Virus record (IMG/VR): IMGVR_UViG_3300005613_000027
Span: 23,112-87,111 of that record
Direction: 5' to 3' (one strand)
DNA from: a virus
DNA: 64,000 nucleotides
The position numbers and the translations under genes were made by a program. Positions within the stretch are counted from its first letter, which is position 1; each line of letters opens with the position of its first letter. The notes under the pieces are model-generated. The model was not told where the DNA came from. It did not search any database and saw nothing but the letters and a program-made list of their open reading frames with translations. Positions 58,076 through 64,000 of the stretch are shown here, one piece after another.

Positions 58076-58597
58076 ATGGTGGAAGAAATAATTTTATCAA
58101 CAAAAACATATGACAATATGGCTGACACTATAATGTCATTTGAAGGTGAAAATGCCTTTCTTAGTAATTTTCACATGTTAAAGACACCAATAAAGTGGCT
58201 GGAGGTATTCTACAGAACCACTGAACACTTCTATCAGGCAATGAAAACGCTGGAAGAAGACGAACGCAGGTGGATTGCCGGTCTGCAGCACGCATGGCAA
58301 GCCAAACGCGCTGGCAGCAAACGTGGGTTTGATGGTAGAAAAATAACTTTTAGACCAGACTTTGATGTTAAACGAACAACCATTATGTATGTAGCGAATA
58401 CGCTTAAATACAATGGTAATCCTCAACTATTATTCAAACTGGCCGCCACACACCCCAAACAGCTGATAGAAGGCAACCATTGGTGCGATAATTACTGGGG
58501 AAATTGCCACTGTCATAAATGTATGCATATTCCGGGGCGCAATAACCTGGGATTAATATTGATGTATATTAGAACACAATTTATGATGGTTGGTTAG
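58076..58597 (+). CDS. NADAR (YbiA/DUF1768) family ADP-ribosyl hydrolase
   Basis: FLSNF; TEHFYQAMK; LIEGN..D.YWG; GRNNLG.ILM..R. Confidence 0.9.
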   Translation: MVEEIILSTKTYDNMADTIMSFEGENAFLSNFHMLKTPIKWLEVFYRTTEHFYQAMKTLEEDERRWIAGLQHAWQAKRAGSKRGFDGRKITFRPDFDVKRTTIMYVANTLKYNGNPQLLFKLAATHPKQLIEGNHWCDNYWGNCHCHKCMHIPGRNNLGLILMYIRTQFMMVG

Positions 58598-58645
58598 AAG
58601 GGTAATAAGTGTTATCTGGATGAACACAAGAAAGGAGGTGATACT

Positions 58646-59152
58646 ATGAAGATATTGGTTAGATCATGCCCGTTTGTTATGGACGAGCACCTGCGTACAT
58701 ACTTAAGATGGTTGTACAAAAGCCGGCCATTTATGGTCGACAAAGATACTATGCTGTGTGAAGTACAACAGCATACTGACACAAGTAGAATTAAGCATTG
58801 CGTTAAATGGATGGTTATTCACGTACGCAAACTGGCTAACGCTTGGAACAGCACCTACCACGCTGACACTCGATGCAGTAATTTCAAAACTATACAGCAT
58901 GATATAATGGCGTATATGCATTCCATAAATAAATGGACCAGTGTGGTAGATATGATCCATGAAAATGAGGGCGAGCACCATATAAAATTGGTGTTTACTG
59001 ACGCTGTCAGATACCCAATGCCGTCAACGCGGGGAGGCAACTACTATACGCCTGAACATGTCAGATGGGGTAGAAGTTTGTCCGAAAAAGCTTTCAAGAA
59101 AGCTCTCATGCAACATCCCAATTCATCCCCATGTATACCATACTGGGGATAA
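58646..59152 (+). CDS. Hypothetical protein
   Basis: AAAGGAGGTGAT RBS. Confidence 0.55.
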   Translation: MKILVRSCPFVMDEHLRTYLRWLYKSRPFMVDKDTMLCEVQQHTDTSRIKHCVKWMVIHVRKLANAWNSTYHADTRCSNFKTIQHDIMAYMHSINKWTSVVDMIHENEGEHHIKLVFTDAVRYPMPSTRGGNYYTPEHVRWGRSLSEKAFKKALMQHPNSSPCIPYWG

Positions 59153-59176
59153 AAATTAAAATAGGAGGTATAAGCA

Positions 59177-59616
59177 TGGCATTAGCATCATTTTACGAAC
59201 AGTCCAAAGCAGCTGTCGAGAGGAACGTCAGCCATATTGGAAACCTTATTACTTACGTAGTAAGAGAAAAGAAAGATAAATCTACCGGAGAAACTATCGA
59301 AAGCAGAGCTGAACTTGCTATCGGAGAAATTATAATGTCTGAAGCCGGTTTAAAACACGGCGACAAAGTTGACATAATGTTTGACCCCGATGACGGGTTC
59401 GCCTTTATAGGGCGAAAAGCTAATGACGAAGGTGGGTTTAAAATTGGTAAAAGGAAAGCCAATCGACACGGGCATATAACCCTAAAATGGGTTAAAGGAA
59501 TGCCTTATGTTGATAGTTCGGCGAGAATTACAGTGGAGATAAAGGACTATGAAATTCAATTCGAATTTCCACCAGCTTTCTTTCATTATCTAAAAGAGGA
59601 AGACAAATCTGAATAG
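59177..59616 (+). CDS. Hypothetical protein with AbrB-like segment (start MALASF)
   Basis: AGGAGGT RBS; GLKHGDKVDI. Confidence 0.5.
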
Positions 59617-60121
59617 ATTTGAATATAAGAAAGGAGGTGATAAACAGAGGCGCTATGCGTGGCATCACGACTTGGCATAATTAACCACTTCTTCCCACAT
59701 TTTAACCACTAACTCTCATGAACCGATACCTGCGCTTAACGGCCCGTGATTTCGGTTCATAGCCCCACTTTCTCAGCCGTGGTCAGGGTTTGAGCTCCCT
59801 CCGGTCGCTTTTTTTCTCGGTTCCCGATTAAATGATAATTCTCATAATCACATTTCGGAGCTGCAAATCTCATAATAATATTTCATTTCTGCAATTCTTG
59901 CAATGACATTTGCTTTTTCCAAATGCTGCAGCGGCATTTCAAATACGAGATATATGCGAAAGCGGAGACGGACTGCGGAGTTTTTCTCGGAGCCCGAATA
60001 AACGAAGAAATTTAACCAGAAAGGAGGTGATGCGTTGGAACCGTTAGCACTGTTAACGGGCCTGTTTATTATTACTATTGCCATTGGTGCAAAAGCCAAC
60101 ACAAAACGAAAGGAGTTTTTC

Positions 60122-62011
60122 ATGACCGAAACAGCGCAACAAGAGGCAATCGAAGTCGAATTTGTCGACATGACTGCAGTTAAAGAGCTCATGAAACGTG
60201 ATCACACAGTAATGAGCGGAGTCGAAATATACGGCTCGCAGCTGGTCAGCCAGAAACTGCTGGACGTAGTGCATCATACACTGTCCAGCTCGGACTGGGG
60301 CGTCACGGCAATCATCTTCAATGATGAAATGCCCAAGGACAAACTCGCAGACATAATCATCGACGAAGGCATTGTCCTTCTCAACCTTAAAGAGCACTGG
60401 CAGCTTGTCGTGGAAAAGACCAAGATGGACGACAACTGCTTATCGCTGCGAGCCTCTCTCTGGCTCGAACTGCTGATGAGCGTGTTTCACGAAGCCAGCC
60501 ACGCCAAAGCGCTTCTTACAGACCCAGAGGCTGCCAAAGCCATGAGCAAAGAAGAGCGCGAAGAGGCGGCTGAAGGGCATGCACGAGATGAGATCGAAAA
60601 CCTTGGAATCGGGTTTGAGATAGAGCCGCCGTCCATGGCCGATGAACCATATTTCGGAACACGATACATGCAGCTGTTCATCGACCGCATCAACACGGGC
60701 AAAGAGGACTGGGCAGTGCGCCAGGCCAACATGCACGATGAGCAGACGGTGTATCTGGACGAAGCAAACGATCTCATCCTATCCACATTCAGGGAGTATC
60801 TGCGGGCTTCACGCGATCCCAAAGAACAGAACCAGAGTTGGGACAAAACCACGCCTGAAAAGCTCAACGGATACCAGCTGCCCGTTCTATTAGTCGACGA
60901 AGCGGGAATTGCAGCGCCGGACGCAGCCAAAGCAAAGGCGGCTGATGAGGCAGACAAGCCAGCTGGCGAGGCAGCCGCGGCCGCAGATCCTTTAACCGAA
61001 CAGGTGCTGTCCATGGACATGATTGAACCGGAAGACCATGATTTCAACAACGCCCCATGGGACGTGGAAGCTGTTCATCATTTGTCCGGCAATACGATGG
61101 GAGCGGAAGAAGCTGCGGCCATGGATCCAATACCGCCGGCAGTGCAAACAGCTGCACCCATCGCACCTGCGCCGGCAGTGGAAACAGCTGCACCCGCCGC
61201 CGGGGCGAAGTTCTGCACAAGCTGCGGCGCCCCGGTATCCACAATGTTTTGCGGCAGCTGCGGCACGCGGGCAGCTGAACCGGCCGCTCCGGCCAGTGAA
61301 GATGCTGTTCCATGGACCACGGTTGAACAAAACGCCGGCGCTATGGCGAACGATCAATTCCCGCCATACGTCCCGCCTGCAAGCATGCCGCCTGGACAAA
61401 CCGCCGGCGGACCTGCCTACCGCCAACCGCCTCCAGCACACAAGTTCAACGAACCGCTGGAGACCAACCTGCCGCCCACTGGATTGACACGAGACCAGAA
61501 GTACCGCATCCTCATGGAAATCTACAGGCGCTGCAACCACCACATTTTCACCAAATGCGGCTTTCAAATGCCGCTGCAGCCTGCAGCAGCCAACAAAGAT
61601 GCATTTGACCCAAACCTTAGGCTGGCAGTACTGGAGCCAATCAGCATTGCAGACATTCCGGGCGCTGACCGCTTTGTAATCGGCTGCCGCACCTTGGAGC
61701 CTGTAAGCAATGAGTACAAAAGGCTTCCGGCGCAGGGTTCAATTGCCGGGCATGTCTTCAAAAATGCCCTGCTGCCAGGGTACACCCTGTATTTCAATGA
61801 TGGAGAGGGCAATGGTGTCGGATTCACCATTAAAAGAGTATTCTGCCCGCAAAATTGCTGGAAAACGAATAATGCAGGAACAAATTACAGCGAAGGTGCG
61901 CTGCTGGCGCAGCAAGGGCACCAAATCGCTTGGATCTTCGATGGCGCTGATCAGATTGCCGGCAGCAAGTGGAAAGGCAAGATGAAAGACGGCGTTTACT
62001 GTCCGCTGTAA
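60122..62011 (+). CDS. Multidomain protein: HExxH zincin-like domain, Ala/Pro linker, zinc ribbon, C-terminal globular domain
   Basis: FHEASH...E motif; FCTSCG...FCGSCG; AAGGAG RBS before MTETAQ (alternative TTG start at 60035). Confidence 0.65.
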   Translation: MTETAQQEAIEVEFVDMTAVKELMKRDHTVMSGVEIYGSQLVSQKLLDVVHHTLSSSDWGVTAIIFNDEMPKDKLADIIIDEGIVLLNLKEHWQLVVEKTKMDDNCLSLRASLWLELLMSVFHEASHAKALLTDPEAAKAMSKEEREEAAEGHARDEIENLGIGFEIEPPSMADEPYFGTRYMQLFIDRINTGKEDWAVRQANMHDEQTVYLDEANDLILSTFREYLRASRDPKEQNQSWDKTTPEKLNGYQLPVLLVDEAGIAAPDAAKAKAADEADKPAGEAAAAADPLTEQVLSMDMIEPEDHDFNNAPWDVEAVHHLSGNTMGAEEAAAMDPIPPAVQTAAPIAPAPAVETAAPAAGAKFCTSCGAPVSTMFCGSCGTRAAEPAAPASEDAVPWTTVEQNAGAMANDQFPPYVPPASMPPGQTAGGPAYRQPPPAHKFNEPLETNLPPTGLTRDQKYRILMEIYRRCNHHIFTKCGFQMPLQPAAANKDAFDPNLRLAVLEPISIADIPGADRFVIGCRTLEPVSNEYKRLPAQGSIAGHVFKNALLPGYTLYFNDGEGNGVGFTIKRVFCPQNCWKTNNAGTNYSEGALLAQQGHQIAWIFDGADQIAGSKWKGKMKDGVYCPL

Positions 62012-62397
62012 TGCGGCGGCTGAAAGGCATTGTTCAGGAGTTCAAGCATGGCATGGCTAAAATAGAGCTGCAGTCAGGCAAGACCTTCTGGACAATGCCC
62101 ACTTCCAACATGCAGAAGCTGTCTCACGTACTAGTAGCTTGGGACTGGACGCTCAACGAACCTGGCCGTGTGCTGACACAGGCCGATCTTGACAACCAGC
62201 CCACCATGCGTGAGCTGGCAGAAGCGGAAACGGAGCAGGGGGTTTCTCGAAGCCCGGCTATCGAAGAATGCGGAAGCGGAGCAATTGAAACTGCAGCAGA
62301 TCCTTTCTTCAAAGGGTTCGTCAGCGGAGACGAAGTCGAAACCGAAGATTTCTCGAACCCGATTAACGGTGATCCGAATGGCGGAGATCCGATGTGA
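62011..62397 (+). CDS. Hypothetical protein with acidic tail (start MRRLK)
   Basis: TAATG coupling to the upstream gene. Confidence 0.5.
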   Translation: MRRLKGIVQEFKHGMAKIELQSGKTFWTMPTSNMQKLSHVLVAWDWTLNEPGRVLTQADLDNQPTMRELAEAETEQGVSRSPAIEECGSGAIETAADPFFKGFVSGDEVETEDFSNPINGDPNGGDPM

Positions 62398-62440
62398 AAC
62401 GTTTCACTTTTAAACGCCCAACAGGGCAAGGAGGTACATT

Positions 62441-63373
62441 ATGGCTGGAACCTCAAATGGGTTCTTCAAGGCAAATGCAGTCGGCGGACGTGTCGGCACA
62501 AATAAGGAAATCAAGATGACTTACACCCCGGCGCATATCAACGCCCAGGGCAAGAAAGTCAATGCTCGTCTGGTCATTCCGATACTGATCAACGAGTACG
62601 GCAGGAGCGAGCCGGACAGCTACCGGCTCATCGCATGGGGCAAGATGGCAGACATGTTTGCCAAAAACCTCAATAAAGGCAAGGAGATGCATTTCTATCT
62701 TACCGGATCCAGCTACTGGGGCGATGTATATTCCCACGTCGACGGGGTTCAGATGCTGGACAAGGACAACCGCCCGCTCCAAACCCGGCAGGTATCTTTC
62801 ATTATCCGTGATTTCGTCTGGGGTTCAGATGGTATGGACACGCTCATGGACGAAATAAACAACGGGATCGCCACAGGTGAAGGCCGGCGTCCGGCCCAAT
62901 GGAATTTCCCCGGAACGCCTGACAATCAGCTCTGGAAACAGATGCTTGCGGCCAGAACCAACACCTTCTTCAGCCAGGCTCATCTGCAGGCGGGTGTCTT
63001 CGGTTTTGCTCGGGTGCGTCCCCCCAAGGGCGGCGGTGCGATCCTTTTCGGTGCGCAGTATGAAAGAGAAGCCGTGATTAATGCCAACGGCCCGGCTCCG
63101 GCTCCGCCCCCTCCGACCGCCGCCCCCGGATATCCTGGAGCTGCAGTGATCGGAAATCAAGGAATGCCGGTTGATCAAGCAATCACCAATGCCTTCGGCC
63201 CGAATGCGCCGCAGCAATGCACCAAGTGCCAGACGCAGATTCCGGCAGGTGCAGGATTCTGCAGTGTATGCGGGACCCAGGCTGCTCCGGCTCCGGTTAA
63301 CGCGCCCGTTCAGGGCAATGCCGTGTACGGAGCGGCAGGCAATCATCCGGGCGGAGCGCCTGCTGATTACTAA
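62441..63373 (+). CDS. SSB-like OB-fold protein with Pro-rich linker and zinc ribbon
   Basis: YRLIAWGKMADMFAKNLNKGK matches the SSB motif; CTKC...FCSVCG; ends PADY. Confidence 0.7.
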   Translation: MAGTSNGFFKANAVGGRVGTNKEIKMTYTPAHINAQGKKVNARLVIPILINEYGRSEPDSYRLIAWGKMADMFAKNLNKGKEMHFYLTGSSYWGDVYSHVDGVQMLDKDNRPLQTRQVSFIIRDFVWGSDGMDTLMDEINNGIATGEGRRPAQWNFPGTPDNQLWKQMLAARTNTFFSQAHLQAGVFGFARVRPPKGGGAILFGAQYEREAVINANGPAPAPPPPTAAPGYPGAAVIGNQGMPVDQAITNAFGPNAPQQCTKCQTQIPAGAGFCSVCGTQAAPAPVNAPVQGNAVYGAAGNHPGGAPADY

Positions 63374-63407
63374 CCGCCCCATCATCACAATTCCTTATGG
63401 CTGAGGA

Positions 63408-63449
63408 CGGGAGGGCTGGCAGTTTTGCCGGCTCTCCCGAAATCTTTTT
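63408..63449 (+). terminator. Intrinsic terminator candidate
   Basis: CGGGAGGGCTGGCA-GTTT-TGCCGGCTCTCCCG followed by AAATCTTTTT. Confidence 0.6.
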
Positions 63450-63684
63450 CGGAGATGCTGAGGTTTTTTCTATGATGCCCGAATTTATTTTACTTGCTGC
63501 ATATATACTACTACTATCACCAGATCTTCTTTACACGGCGGTAAAACTTGCTCTTGAACCGAATTTGTTTTCTATTTCCAGACTGAATTTCGATATCGGA
63601 CGGACGGCGGCTAATGAACGGAGCATTGATTTATCTCCCAGGTTTTAGTAGTAATAAAATCTATATACTTATAAAGGAGGCAGC

Positions 63685-63879
63685 ATGAAAGACCAGAAGA
63701 ACAACAAGATAGTGGAAGCAAAGAACGATGCTAAAGTATCAGTTAGTTTCCGTTTGCCAGTAGTGACCATCGAGGCTATTAAGACCAACATGCAAGCGGA
63801 AGATCTACACACAATGACGGATTCTATTATAGACCTGATAACCGAAGGTATGGTCTCAAAAGGACAAAAGATTGCGTAA
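63685..63879 (+). CDS. Ribbon-helix-helix (CopG/Arc-like) DNA-binding protein
   Basis: VSVSFRLP strand followed by two helices; AAAGGAGG RBS. Confidence 0.65.
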   Translation: MKDQKNNKIVEAKNDAKVSVSFRLPVVTIEAIKTNMQAEDLHTMTDSIIDLITEGMVSKGQKIA

Positions 63880-63990
63880 TACGTGTATTACGTGTATTAC
63901 GTGTATTACGTGTATTACGTGTATTACGTGTATTACGTGTATTACGTGTATTACGTGTATTACGTGTATTACGTGTATTACGTGTATTAC
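63880..63990. repeat. Perfect tandem array (TACGTGTAT)12 plus TAC
   Basis: Read directly; starts at the base after the RHH stop codon. Confidence 0.95.
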
Positions 63991-64000
63991 ATATAATATA

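Noticed and set aside
59848-63648. Many overlapping minus-strand and alternative-frame ORFs
   Set aside because: Shadow ORFs of GC-rich plus-strand genes, with no RBS or recognisable motifs.
63880-63990. CRISPR array
   Set aside because: The 9-bp units are contiguous with no spacers, and no cas genes are present.
1-64000. Genome-wide stop-codon reassignment
   Set aside because: Long genes are intact under the standard code, and TAA, TAG and TGA all end credible genes.
1-64000. tRNA or rRNA genes
   Set aside because: No T-loop or cloverleaf pattern found by eye in the intergenic gaps; tRNAscan-SE would be needed to exclude them fully.

Overview
This window is a 64-kb segment of a large tailed dsDNA phage (Caudoviricetes, probably >100 kb) with an unidentified bacterial host. 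Bases 1 to about 50,070 are AT-rich and coded on the minus strand. They hold the head module (TerS-like, TerL, portal, protease-like, scaffold, decoration and a major capsid gene split by a group I intron with a LAGLIDADG endonuclease), two paralogous virion proteins, lysis genes and host-type auxiliary genes (clpP, map, cold-shock, pyrE-like, dNMP kinase, HD hydrolase, metallophosphoesterase, NDT-like). Also here are a volactin-like actin beside a long coiled-coil protein, two TnpB elements and one IscB element. Six dispersed genes share a ~70-aa 'MPYKISG' N-terminal module, fused either to RCC1-like or to GDRGxFAGG-type repeat domains. Three copies are intact and three carry different lesions. 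From about 50,340 genes switch to the plus strand. These are small early-type genes with very strong Shine-Dalgarno sites, a ~570-nt structured non-coding island containing a c-di-GMP-I riboswitch, a DUF4326/SLOG/NADAR set, a GC-rich block with an SSB-like gene, and a ribbon-helix-helix gene followed by a 9-bp tandem array. The best candidates for undescribed biology are the MPYKISG modular family, the RNA island, the phage actin/coiled-coil/ClpP locus, and a gene framed by an 18-bp inverted repeat. All calls come from reading motifs by eye; no searches were run.
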